Part shown: positions 1 to 12,507 of the stretch, in pieces
How positions within the stretch are numbered: position 1 is the first letter of the stretch
Layout: each line of letters begins with the position of its first letter
Sequence record: PQ741806.1
Reading direction: 5' to 3' (one strand)
DNA length: 64,000 bases
The notes under the pieces: generated by a model
Database searches by the model: none
What the model was told of the DNA's origin: nothing
What the model saw: the letters and a program-made list of their open reading frames with translations, nothing else
Program-made: the position numbers and the translations under genes

Positions 1-1618
1 CATCTTGATCCATCTCAGCAATAACACGTAGTCGTTGAGCTAATAAAGTAGCTTCCGCATGAGCTTGCTTAGAGACAATGAGTTGCTGCATTGCATCTCG
101 CCAGTCTAATGCATCATTTATATATTTTGCTGGTGTGCGATACATTACGACATGTTCAGCTACATAGTTCCATAATGTATCAAATTCGTTATACTCTTTC
201 GTTAATTGAACGTAGCCATGTACATAACTTACATATTCATTGAAGTCAGTCATGTACTGTTCAAGAACCTTGATCTCATTTGAACAGCTATCCATCGCTT
301 CATCTAACTTAGCTTTGCGCTCTTCTGCTATTGTGATATCTTGTTCACTAACACCAGGTTTAAATGAATGAGTGCATGATGGGCAAGTAATAGATGCGCA
401 TTCCTTAAATGAATTTAGGCGTTGATTAATTTGTAAATACATGCCTTCCATGGTTGAGTATTTACTTTTTAATTCTTTTAGCCTTTCTGCATTTTTAATA
501 GCAGTTTCTTTACTTAAGTAACCATTCTCATTATTAGGAAATGTAGTGAGAAGTTTGATCCAACGATCTGAGAGATCAGTAAGTTTACCAGATGGATCAC
601 CGTTAACAGAAATGTCAACCAAAGGAAATCTACCGGTATACTTCTTATATTTACTAATAGCTTCTTCAGCAATGCGTGTATGATGTTCATGTCTGTCCTT
701 AAGTTCTTGTATTTCTTCTGGAGACATACGTTCAGCTGTATTCGGATTAGAGCTTTTTAATTCTTCTAATTCTTCAACTAAACGTGCAATAACTGCTTGT
801 ATAGATTTATATTCTTCAATCTTCTTATTATTTAGTTCTAAGAAAGATTCATACCCATCTACTTTAACTTGAATAGGTAACATTGGAAATGACATTAACA
901 ATGAACGAGCTTCATCTAAGATAGAATCTAATTCTTTACGTGCAGTGGTTTCATCTCTAAAATGAAGGACACCTTTCTTATCACGTGTTTTATAAAGTAA
1001 ATCAATACGACTAACTAACCGTTGTTTCACTTCTTTCAACTGTGTCATTTCTGAATCATTCAATACCCCATGGTGTTCTGTGACCAATCGCTTATTAATT
1101 GTTTTAACAGTACCTTGCTGGTTAGATAATTCTTTACGTACTTTGTTATAAACATTAAATGCATAATCAAGGTTAACTACAGACATTCTAGTTAACCATG
1201 CTTTACGTTCATTAGGTTTTAACTTTGTAAAACGCATCTTACCTGTCAACATTTCATGCAGTTCTCGGTTTAACCCGAAATGCGCCATTACAAGTTCTTC
1301 TTGTTCTTTAAAGGTATGACCACTATTTAATTCTTCATCATTACATAAAAAGGAATGATGTCCAGTGCCACGGTTATATTTAGAAATTAATTTATAGTCT
1401 TTACCATTTGCATGACAATGGAAATGTTTCTCGCCACCTTGCTTGAAGTTTGAACTGCTAGATACAACAGGTGTCAGTTCACTAATAATAGATGATTTGC
1501 CAGAACCATTACTACCAAGTATAACCATCATCTGTTTGCTTGGAGTCCATTCAAAATAATGTGTATTATTGGCCATCAACCTAGTATAGCCAATTAGCTT
1601 AAGTAGCTTGATCTGCAT
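1..1618 (-). CDS. sbcC: SbcC/Rad50-like SMC ATPase (phiKZ gp165-like), 5' part; runs off the window edge
   Basis: Manual translation from ATG at 1618: MQIKLLKLIGYTRLMANNTHYFEWTPSKQMMVILGSNGSGKSS (Walker A). Long coiled coil follows, with an in-frame CPSC zinc hook at 374..385. Absent from the ORF track because it has no stop in the window. Confidence 0.9.
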   Translation of the reverse strand, partial: MQIKLLKLIGYTRLMANNTHYFEWTPSKQMMVILGSNGSGKSSIISELTPVVSSSSNFKQGGEKHFHCHANGKDYKLISKYNRGTGHHSFLCNDEELNSGHTFKEQEELVMAHFGLNRELHEMLTGKMRFTKLKPNERKAWLTRMSVVNLDYAFNVYNKVRKELSNQQGTVKTINKRLVTEHHGVLNDSEMTQLKEVKQRLVSRIDLLYKTRDKKGVLHFRDETTARKELDSILDEARSLLMSFPMLPIQVKVDGYESFLELNNKKIEEYKSIQAVIARLVEELEELKSSNPNTAERMSPEEIQELKDRHEHHTRIAEEAISKYKKYTGRFPLVDISVNGDPSGKLTDLSDRWIKLLTTFPNNENGYLSKETAIKNAERLKELKSKYSTMEGMYLQINQRLNSFKECASITCPSCTHSFKPGVSEQDITIAEERKAKLDEAMDSCSNEIKVLEQYMTDFNEYVSYVHGYVQLTKEYNEFDTLWNYVAEHVVMYRTPAKYINDALDWRDAMQQLIVSKQAHAEATLLAQRLRVIAEMDQD

Positions 1619-1667
1619 GATTAACCCTTAATAATGTCTTACTCTATAGAGTTAATAACCCTAGTAA

Positions 1668-2840
<1,173 letters not shown>

Positions 2841-2844
2841 AGAA

Positions 2845-2876
2845 CATAATGCCCTCCCACTATGGGAGGGCTTATG
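2845..2876. terminator. Bidirectional hairpin terminator with CATAA/TTATG flanks
   Basis: gccctccca-cta-tgggagggc between convergent genes. Confidence 0.8.
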
Positions 2877-2879
2877 CTG

Positions 2880-4067
2880 TTAAATACCTTCATTCTCATA
2901 ATGAGTAATGCAGTGACTAACAAATGTTAACCAGACTTTAAGAGTTACTGCTAACCAATGGGTGTAGTTACCAACAGGTTCTGCTAATTTTCGGGATATC
3001 TCAGCGAGCATATTAATTGCCTCGCCATTTGCCCTTCCCAATAACTCACTACGTTCAGCTAGCTGTCGAATTGAATCATCTACAACTACCTTAACTGTTT
3101 TATATTCTACTTCGCCTTGTTTAGCACGTTCAGCGATCGTTAAAATATTAGCAATACCAGTTACAATATCACTTAGCGTAGTTACAGAAGGTACTTCTAT
3201 ATCTCGTTCAGTGCTATCAATTGCATTGATTTGTAACTCTGTAAATTCCATTGTAAATGTATTGCGAACCATTTCTAGTGCAGATTGTTTATTAGTAACT
3301 GATGTAGCTATATGGTCAGCATCAGTATAAACAAATGCACGATTAGCTGGTAAAATATAACTTCTATGGGTACCAGTAGAAGTAGTCTCACCTTTCTTTA
3401 ATGGCTCATCCCCTGGCGGCGCTTTAAAATCACGACGCACTATATCGGCAAAAGATTGTAATAACTCATCAATGATTTCTGTAGTGGTATCTTCGCCTTG
3501 ATTATCTAAGATATTCAATGCTTGTCTACTAATATTTCGAGCAATATTAGAAGTCATTTTAGGATAAGTCATTAAAATATAATTAGTGACTTCTTTGATA
3601 TCTAAAAGATTATCTGGTCGATCACCAATGAATTCACCGTTAATAGATAATCGCTGTAAACCAGAAACAGTCAATCGAGTATTAGTCGTACGATTACCTA
3701 GTTTTGCAAGTCGCCTAGATAATTTTTGCTGTGTTTTACGCACATGTGAAATACTGCCAGTAAACTTGACGTAGAATGCCGTGAGTGTTTCGATTACCAT
3801 CCGCACAATATCTCGTGCAGCCTTAGCAGCTCGAACTAATGCATCTTTTAAAGCACGTAGTGTAATTATACCGCCTTCTTTTATGGAGAAGGCGGGATCG
3901 ATACTTTCTAAAGCAAATGACATCGCTTTAGACAGGTCTTCAGATGCTACGTCACGTCCATCTAGCAGATCTTGATAACGAGCTAATCGATGGCGATATG
4001 CTTCAACAGAAACAATAGCCTCTTTGAGTTCATTATTGGTAATTAATAGTTCTGCATATGTGGACAT
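2880..4067 (-). CDS. Internal head protein (gp163-like, gp93/162/163 paralog family)
   Basis: 395 aa; S/A-x-E prohead-protease-type sites (SVE, ALE); similarity to the adjacent gene; synteny. Confidence 0.7.
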   Translation of the reverse strand: MSTYAELLITNNELKEAIVSVEAYRHRLARYQDLLDGRDVASEDLSKAMSFALESIDPAFSIKEGGIITLRALKDALVRAAKAARDIVRMVIETLTAFYVKFTGSISHVRKTQQKLSRRLAKLGNRTTNTRLTVSGLQRLSINGEFIGDRPDNLLDIKEVTNYILMTYPKMTSNIARNISRQALNILDNQGEDTTTEIIDELLQSFADIVRRDFKAPPGDEPLKKGETTSTGTHRSYILPANRAFVYTDADHIATSVTNKQSALEMVRNTFTMEFTELQINAIDSTERDIEVPSVTTLSDIVTGIANILTIAERAKQGEVEYKTVKVVVDDSIRQLAERSELLGRANGEAINMLAEISRKLAEPVGNYTHWLAVTLKVWLTFVSHCITHYENEGI

Positions 4068-4076
4068 TATGTTTAC

Positions 4077-5645
4077 CTATTCAGTTTCCTTGATTTCACT
4101 ATCAACTAGTTTCTCAAGTACGGTGATCCAGATCATCACACATTTAAACAGATCATTACTAGCTTCAGTGGTGCCAGTTAGATAAGCCTTACCAACATTG
4201 GTTGCTTCTTTATCAGTCATCTGTGCAATGATTTCAGCAGTTGACTCTTTAGAGATACCGCGAATATTATTTAGATGATTTAGGAGGTTATGAACTGCTT
4301 TTAGCTGAGCCATAACAACATTCTTATCAACTAATAGTTCAACAGTAATTCCATAGTTGGGTTTACCCGGTGCATCAAGAATGGAGAAGTCTACCGCAGC
4401 TTTGTCTTTACCAAAGGTATAAACACGATTACCGGGCACAACCGGGCTAGCATATCGGACACCATTAGCATTAATTTTGGTAGCTGTTCCAAACATACCT
4501 TTAGCTAAAGCCAGTGCTTTATCATCAGTTGTTTTTCCAGCTAAGGCTGCTTTAAGAGCACGCAGTCCATTCTTTTCAATGCTGTCAAATAGATTACGGA
4601 TTACAGTAACCCCCTGAACAGGGTCTACACCAACCCAACTCTCACCAGTGTCACCTAGAATCAGATCGCGTGGAATTGCGATAGTACGAACTTCATCGGG
4701 TAGTTCATTCTCTTTAACGCGTTTCATGATCTTATTAACGCGTTCTATTTGATTACTGACATTCTGGCGAATACGTTGATAAGTTTCTACAACAATGCGA
4801 ATTAGCTTCTTAATGAAATCTAATGCAACAGTAGATACTTCTTTTGCTTTAGCTTGTAGATTATCTAATACTTCAATAGAAGCTTTAGGCCGAGTTAGCG
4901 GTGATATAAAGGATTCCATTGATGGCACAGTGTTATTAAAATATTTATAGTCAAATGACTCTAGCGCGATGCTAATAGCTTTAGCTAGATCATGATCGAC
5001 ATCATGCCCGCGATGATGGCGGTTACTAACTAAACCAATATAGTTTTCTAATGCAGTTTGAACAGATTCTACTTTAGTCAGTTCATTTACAATTGTAAAC
5101 ATTTCAACTGATAATGATTCTAGATGATCATCTAGTTCACCAGTGATGATATCTTCAGTAGTTTCCAGTAGTGCGGTGGCATCATAGCCATGGTCTAGCT
5201 GCTCAGTCTCATTGGCTTCCATAATAGAAATGTCTTCATTCGATGGGACATCTGCAATTTGGTGTGGTTTTTTGGTACTAACATTAAGATCTTTAGTATC
5301 ACTTACTTTAGTGATCATTTCATCAGCTGTTTCAGTGATTTCGTTTTCAACACGATCACCTTTAGCTACTTGGAATTCTTTTAGCCCTTGACTAACATGA
5401 ATCTTCTTATCATTGATCTTATCAGCAGTTCCATCAACATCTGGACCTTTGCATACGTCAATTGGGGTATTGGTAACGACATTGGTAACTTCATCACATG
5501 GATTTACTTTACCATCTTCATCATCTTTTAATTGTTCTGGTAATTCTTTACCAACATCAAGATTGACATTCTTATCTTCAGCATCAGAAACGCGCTCAAG
5601 ACTTGCAAAGAAATCCATTGCGGGAACTGTTTTTTTCTTAGCCAT
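4077..5645 (-). CDS. Internal head/minor capsid protein (gp162-like)
   Basis: 522 aa; acidic N-terminal propeptide-like region with several S/A-x-E motifs (ASLE, LSVE, TALE, IALE, PSME). Confidence 0.72.
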   Translation of the reverse strand: MAKKKTVPAMDFFASLERVSDAEDKNVNLDVGKELPEQLKDDEDGKVNPCDEVTNVVTNTPIDVCKGPDVDGTADKINDKKIHVSQGLKEFQVAKGDRVENEITETADEMITKVSDTKDLNVSTKKPHQIADVPSNEDISIMEANETEQLDHGYDATALLETTEDIITGELDDHLESLSVEMFTIVNELTKVESVQTALENYIGLVSNRHHRGHDVDHDLAKAISIALESFDYKYFNNTVPSMESFISPLTRPKASIEVLDNLQAKAKEVSTVALDFIKKLIRIVVETYQRIRQNVSNQIERVNKIMKRVKENELPDEVRTIAIPRDLILGDTGESWVGVDPVQGVTVIRNLFDSIEKNGLRALKAALAGKTTDDKALALAKGMFGTATKINANGVRYASPVVPGNRVYTFGKDKAAVDFSILDAPGKPNYGITVELLVDKNVVMAQLKAVHNLLNHLNNIRGISKESTAEIIAQMTDKEATNVGKAYLTGTTEASNDLFKCVMIWITVLEKLVDSEIKETE

Positions 5646-5680
5646 TTTAAAACTCCGGAGTATTAAAGTTCATAAGGTTG

Positions 5681-6340
<660 letters not shown>

Positions 6341-6414
6341 TCATTCAATTGAGCACTATAGTTACTTTAAGACGAAATAATAGCGGATCCACTTTAAAGC
6401 AGATCCGCTTTAAA

Positions 6415-6888
6415 TTAAAATGCTTGACCAGGACAAACCCAAATATAATCACCAGTTGTTTGGCCATTAGGTCTGACTAATATAAATCGTTGTCCAACCG
6501 TACCGCGCACAGAAGCATCTTCAAATGGAAAACCTCTAGGTATAACTAATTTACCATCTTTGTCTTGTGCCCAAAAACTTAATGAGTCCCTAGTCTCTTT
6601 GCCATTAATAGGATCTTTTTCATAGAAACTCAATACGAAAGTAAATCCATTTGGCAATGATGTATTATATTTAATAACAGTGCCAATAAATGTAGGTGTT
6701 GTTGGTGATGATACATATCCATCTTCTTCTTTAAAGATAATGTTAGTATCAAAATAATCTTTAACATCTAACAGATTATAAATAACATCATCTCCATAAA
6801 GAGGGTGTTTCATTTTTAATGGATATTTATTTATTGTTGTGTAAAATGCACCAGGAATGAAATTATCACATTTTGATGTATCTGCCAT
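6415..6888 (-). CDS. Hypothetical protein (gp160-like)
   Basis: 157-aa ORF, RBS ggag, in operon. Confidence 0.6.
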   Translation of the reverse strand: MADTSKCDNFIPGAFYTTINKYPLKMKHPLYGDDVIYNLLDVKDYFDTNIIFKEEDGYVSSPTTPTFIGTVIKYNTSLPNGFTFVLSFYEKDPINGKETRDSLSFWAQDKDGKLVIPRGFPFEDASVRGTVGQRFILVRPNGQTTGDYIWVCPGQAF

Positions 6889-6891
6889 GAT

Positions 6892-7311
6892 TTACTCCTG
6901 TACATCCGTCATTACACGTCCTTCGATAGACCAGTATAATTCATTTTCTAATGAATCATAAACCGTTCTATATTCACATGCCTCACCTTTGTTTAATTGA
7001 CAGTCAACTTTGAATACACGGTTACCAACTAAACGATTACCATAAGCACGAATCACCAATAATCCATTTGTCTTATTGGCAATAGTAAATACATATTTAC
7101 CTTTTTTAGTATCATAGGCAGTAGCTGGTAAATTTACTATAAATGGACTATCTGAATTATCATTATCAGTATAATTAGGATCTTCAACGATAATGTGCGC
7201 ATTAAGATAAGTTGAGTCAATATCAAACTTACGTCCAGTTGCTTTAGACGTGTCAATTACTTTCATAGGTGGGTAGATATAACAGAATTCGCTCATGATT
7301 GCATCCACCAT
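6892..7311 (-). CDS. Hypothetical protein, beta-rich (gp159-like)
   Basis: 139-aa ORF; VNLP...G.Y.F.I.N.T pattern shared with the C-terminal domain of the neighbouring gene. Confidence 0.6.
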   Translation of the reverse strand: MVDAIMSEFCYIYPPMKVIDTSKATGRKFDIDSTYLNAHIIVEDPNYTDNDNSDSPFIVNLPATAYDTKKGKYVFTIANKTNGLLVIRAYGNRLVGNRVFKVDCQLNKGEACEYRTVYDSLENELYWSIEGRVMTDVQE

Positions 7312-8243
7312 GACAGACCAAGTGTATACATCGCTTTAGTTGTTTCATTATAACAGATAAATCGAGTATAGCCATTATTAGGTAAGAAACCAGTACTTGT
7401 ATACATTGGCCTAATGATACTCTGTTGATAAGCAGTAGCTATATCGACATCTTCATTAGTTAAATTCAGTATTCGATATTCAGCACCAGCCTTAAGTTTC
7501 TCGCTATTGCCAGAAGGTAGTATAACACCTTTAGGTGACTCTTCTATTTGAGCATCATCTGGTTTAGGCATTAGTACCAATAGCCTACCTATAGCTTGAT
7601 CATAAGGCGGACAAATCCAATTACCAAATTTACCTGTTTCATTATCAACTGTAATTGTAAATGGTACAAGCAATTGCGGGAATATCTGATAGCCATCTGT
7701 TGGTTCTGGATCAGGATCTGGATCTGGGTCCGGCGGATCAGGGTCAACATCACCACCTGAATGTAACCATAGATTTAACCATCCTCTCCACCATAGTGAT
7801 GAATCAATAGCTTTAAATAAAAAGTTTGGTTGTTTCTTACCACCGGTATACGTTATATTAGATATTTCTAACCATATGTCACTAGCAGTAAAATTTAATT
7901 TAGCTTTATTAGCAACATACGCAACTAAAGCTTCGCTATTTTTTAATCCTTGAACAACCGTTACTTCCGATGCTGTCCAATATGGATTTTTAATATAATC
8001 ATTAACATTAAAACGATTATAAAGAAAGTCGTAATAAACAGCACTATTAGTTGCATCTTTTTGAATACGAACAAATGCCCTATTAGGCTCATCGATAGTT
8101 GCACTATCCATTACCATTACGATAATGGACTTATCTTCAGATAAACCTAAATCCGGATATGCTGTTGTAACTGCTTTGAAGAAACCTATTCGTGGATCTT
8201 GTCCACGCGGGTTATCCGCCAGATTAAGAGTGAATCTACGCAT
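7293..8243 (-). CDS. Putative virion protein, two domains joined by a (DP)n linker (gp158-like)
   Basis: 316 aa; N-terminal YxR domain, DPDPPDPDPDPDPEP linker. Confidence 0.6.
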   Translation of the reverse strand: MRRFTLNLADNPRGQDPRIGFFKAVTTAYPDLGLSEDKSIIVMVMDSATIDEPNRAFVRIQKDATNSAVYYDFLYNRFNVNDYIKNPYWTASEVTVVQGLKNSEALVAYVANKAKLNFTASDIWLEISNITYTGGKKQPNFLFKAIDSSLWWRGWLNLWLHSGGDVDPDPPDPDPDPDPEPTDGYQIFPQLLVPFTITVDNETGKFGNWICPPYDQAIGRLLVLMPKPDDAQIEESPKGVILPSGNSEKLKAGAEYRILNLTNEDVDIATAYQQSIIRPMYTSTGFLPNNGYTRFICYNETTKAMYTLGLSWWMQS

Positions 8244-8266
8244 TGCACCACCTTTAGATTAATATA

Positions 8267-8288
8267 AGAGAGGGCCTTTGCCCTCTCT
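8267..8288. terminator. Hairpin terminator
   Basis: agagagggc-cttt-gccctctct. Confidence 0.65.
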
Positions 8289-8298
8289 CATTTATGCA

Positions 8299-9639
<1,341 letters not shown>

Positions 9640-9814
9640 TTAATCCTCATAATTAGAGCGCGATGGGTTTCCATCTATAAAATCAGTCTGTTCTAGTTGT
9701 GTTAAAATAAAAAGTCTGGTATTATGAGCTTTACGTAATACCCTTGTAACAGTCTATTGATAGAAATGCCAATACTGGCTTTTATGGGTAGGCATAGTAC
9801 TAACAGAGGTCATC

Positions 9815-10105
9815 ATGCTCGGTTTGACTATTAAAGCCTTGCTCTTCGTTTGGCCATTCCTTAAGAGGGCTATCTTTGGTGATAGAACTATTAAGGAAGT
9901 GTTGCTGGAAAACAAACACGTCACGGCGATGTTGATCCTAGTCGTAATATTACTAGGTACCTTATTCATAGTGACTAGTGAGTTGAAGTCAGTTAAAGCA
10001 AGCAACTGGGCCGTTAAAGCCGAAATGGATCGACTCAAGAAAATGACGCCTGAGAAGGCTGAAATGCTTGAGCGCCGCCGTCGTTTAAATGACTTGCTAA
10101 AGTAA
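9815..10105 (+). CDS. Small membrane protein with coiled-coil tail (i-spanin-like)
   Basis: 96 aa; TM segment MLILVVILLGTLFIV followed by a charged helical tail; RBS gaggt. Confidence 0.55.
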   Translation: MLGLTIKALLFVWPFLKRAIFGDRTIKEVLLENKHVTAMLILVVILLGTLFIVTSELKSVKASNWAVKAEMDRLKKMTPEKAEMLERRRRLNDLLK

Positions 10106-10125
10106 GTACCAAATTGGTGGATCAC

Positions 10126-10527
10126 ATGTCAAGAAAGTTCTTTCTAATACTCCTACCACTTATAAGTGGCTGTGTTTATACGCCACATGAGTACCACACG
10201 CACAACACGACTGTGGTCCAATATGAACACTCCTCTTCTACAGATGATCATACATCTGTTGTTACAACTAAAGAAGAGGTAATACAAAAAGTTCTGCCTA
10301 CACCTAAAAAATATAGTAAGGATACTAGTAAGAAGTGTATGGTTTTCGAACTACCAAGAAAGAAACCGGTACCGCCAACACCGATTATTACAGAGTTTAT
10401 AGAAACTCCGGAACAAATCGATATCTTGTTGACTGACTATATAAAAGAATTAAAGTCACATATTGTATCTGAGCGCGCTAAAATTGAGCAAGCATATGAA
10501 GAATGGCGTGCAAAGTGTGATGAGTAA
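10126..10527 (+). CDS. Lipoprotein (gp156-like), possible o-spanin-like
   Basis: Start re-assigned to ATG 10126 (RBS ggtgg); MSRKFFLILLPLISG-C lipobox; Pro-rich PRKKPVPPTP followed by a helix. Confidence 0.6.
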   Translation: MSRKFFLILLPLISGCVYTPHEYHTHNTTVVQYEHSSSTDDHTSVVTTKEEVIQKVLPTPKKYSKDTSKKCMVFELPRKKPVPPTPIITEFIETPEQIDILLTDYIKELKSHIVSERAKIEQAYEEWRAKCDE

Positions 10528-10582
10528 TTTACTTGCTAGAATTATTATCTAGTTTAGTAATCGATCACATGAGGAAACAATA

Positions 10583-12031
10583 ATGGCAGACGGTATGGTT
10601 TTATACACTGACGGATCATTCCGACAGGGTAAAGCTGGTTGGGGTATTCATGGTTATACCTATGAAAATGTTGCAATGAAATCTAAAGCAGCCACCAAAC
10701 AGCAACCAACAGCTAAGGGATACTTAGATGTAGGTGCAGATGAGACATGCACTGTTTTAAATTATATTGATGCATTTGGTAGTGTAACTAATAACCCTAC
10801 TAATAATACAGGTGAGCTAACCGCTGCAATTGAGGCTTTCAAAATAGCTCATGAAGCAGATGCTCCTAGACTAACGATGCTCATGGATAGTGAATACGTT
10901 AGAAAAGGTATGACCGCATATTTACCCAAATGGATTAAGTCTAATTGGATTAAATCAGACGGCACGCCGGTAGCAAACCAGGACCTATGGAAACAGATGG
11001 TCGAACTAAAAGCTAAATGGGAAGAAACTAATAAACCATTAAGCATCCAATGGGTCCGTGGACATAACGGAGACATTGGTAATGAAAAAGCTGATGCTAA
11101 CGCTAAGCTTGGTTCGGGACAGAATAATGATAAGCCAGTGATGGTTTCGGTTAAAGGCGAGGAAATTAACAAACTTAAAAAACAAGTTGTTAATCCACTT
11201 ATCCTCGAAAGTAGGTTACTCTTCGCCATTAACTCTGGAGAAGAACCAGATGGGTTCTATTACACCTATAACTTAGGTCGTATGCATAACTATGGTCATA
11301 AACCAAAAGACACTGCTAAAGATAAATTAGCTAAAGCTGATTTAATTTTAGGGCGTCGTATCTCTGAAGCAACCTTCAGTGTATATAAGGCAAATGAACC
11401 AGATGAGTATCTCCAGTTACTAATTAATATGCATACAGAAGCACTGGGTACTGAAAATCCAGAACTGGGTATCATCAATTTGGCAAACGCATATCGTGCA
11501 ACCATTCGACAGAAAATTGAATCCATGGGGCTACCTGCTCTAGTCGTATGGAAAGATATCAATGTTTTGTCGACGCCAACAGATGAACTCATTAGTCGGA
11601 CTCTTAATCCACCACGTATGGCAAATGATGCTGTAGCTACATTTAATGTTATGCGCAGTCGTCTTGAAGATTACTTGGCTGGTAAACTTGGAGAGTCGGT
11701 TGGTATTATTAATATTACCGAGCACTTCTTCGAGGAAGTCGCAAAGGGTAAGAAAGTTGGCTATCAACTACTTAAGACGATTACATCTAATACAGGCTTT
11801 GTAGAAGTTCCGATCACATTTAAAGATCGTAAGATAAAATTAAAGCTTGTATTAAATATCGATATTCCAAGTAGAAACCAATTAGCTCGCATTGGAGCTA
11901 ATAAAGTTAAAATGGAAATTCTTGTAGTAGCTGAAGGCCCATATTCTTATTCATATTCAATTGTGTTCGTGACGGATGATGGCTCAGCTATCTATCAATC
12001 ACCCTATACACAATTTATTCTCCCAAAATAG
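10583..12031 (+). CDS. rnhA: Ribonuclease HI with long C-terminal extension (gp155-like)
   Basis: YTDGS, NNTGELTAA, MDSEYV..G, WVRGHNG..GNEKAD motifs. Confidence 0.92.
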   Translation: MADGMVLYTDGSFRQGKAGWGIHGYTYENVAMKSKAATKQQPTAKGYLDVGADETCTVLNYIDAFGSVTNNPTNNTGELTAAIEAFKIAHEADAPRLTMLMDSEYVRKGMTAYLPKWIKSNWIKSDGTPVANQDLWKQMVELKAKWEETNKPLSIQWVRGHNGDIGNEKADANAKLGSGQNNDKPVMVSVKGEEINKLKKQVVNPLILESRLLFAINSGEEPDGFYYTYNLGRMHNYGHKPKDTAKDKLAKADLILGRRISEATFSVYKANEPDEYLQLLINMHTEALGTENPELGIINLANAYRATIRQKIESMGLPALVVWKDINVLSTPTDELISRTLNPPRMANDAVATFNVMRSRLEDYLAGKLGESVGIINITEHFFEEVAKGKKVGYQLLKTITSNTGFVEVPITFKDRKIKLKLVLNIDIPSRNQLARIGANKVKMEILVVAEGPYSYSYSIVFVTDDGSAIYQSPYTQFILPK

Positions 12032-12041
12032 TGGGTATTCC

Positions 12042-12461
12042 ATGAACCTTATTAGCAGATTCAAAAAGTCGGTTAAGAATGGTTTCAGGGCAATTTGGAT
12101 TAAGCTCTGGGACTATGCTGATCCCGAACTAAAGCGGATGTGCGTCATGGCGTCACTGTACTCCGTTATAGTACAGTGTAAGACAAATGAGTGTGAAAAG
12201 ATCTCTCATTTGAATTCTAACATGAAACTAGTACGCGATGAAGCTGCCTTACGACTCCCTATTCATTATGGGCCGTACGTATGGAAAGGCGTGATAGCAA
12301 TCGATAAGATTGATAAAGCAGATCTAACCACTGATCAATTTTTCATGAGGCTTATTCGTAAGACTCCGTGTTGGATGAAATATGCTGATGATGCAACTTT
12401 TTTAAAGGATTTGAAAACCCTCTTTAAATTAAGTTTACATGAGAAGTGTATTCCAAATTGA
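12042..12461 (+). CDS. Hypothetical protein (gp154-like)
   Basis: Likely start ATG 12042, just after the RNase H stop; 139 aa. Confidence 0.6.
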   Translation: MNLISRFKKSVKNGFRAIWIKLWDYADPELKRMCVMASLYSVIVQCKTNECEKISHLNSNMKLVRDEAALRLPIHYGPYVWKGVIAIDKIDKADLTTDQFFMRLIRKTPCWMKYADDATFLKDLKTLFKLSLHEKCIPN

Positions 12462-12470
12462 TTGGTACGA

Positions 12471-12504
12471 CATAATGCCCTCTCCTTTTGGGAGAGGGCT
12501 TATG
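12471..12504. terminator. Bidirectional hairpin terminator with CATAAT/TTATG flanks
   Basis: gccctctcc-ttttg-ggagagggc between convergent genes; right flank gagggcttatgctgtta is identical to that of the 2845 element. Confidence 0.8.
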
Positions 12505-12507
12505 CTG

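Noticed and set aside
9754-10125. 123-aa minus-strand ORF
   Set aside because: Antisense to a well-formed membrane-protein gene that has an RBS
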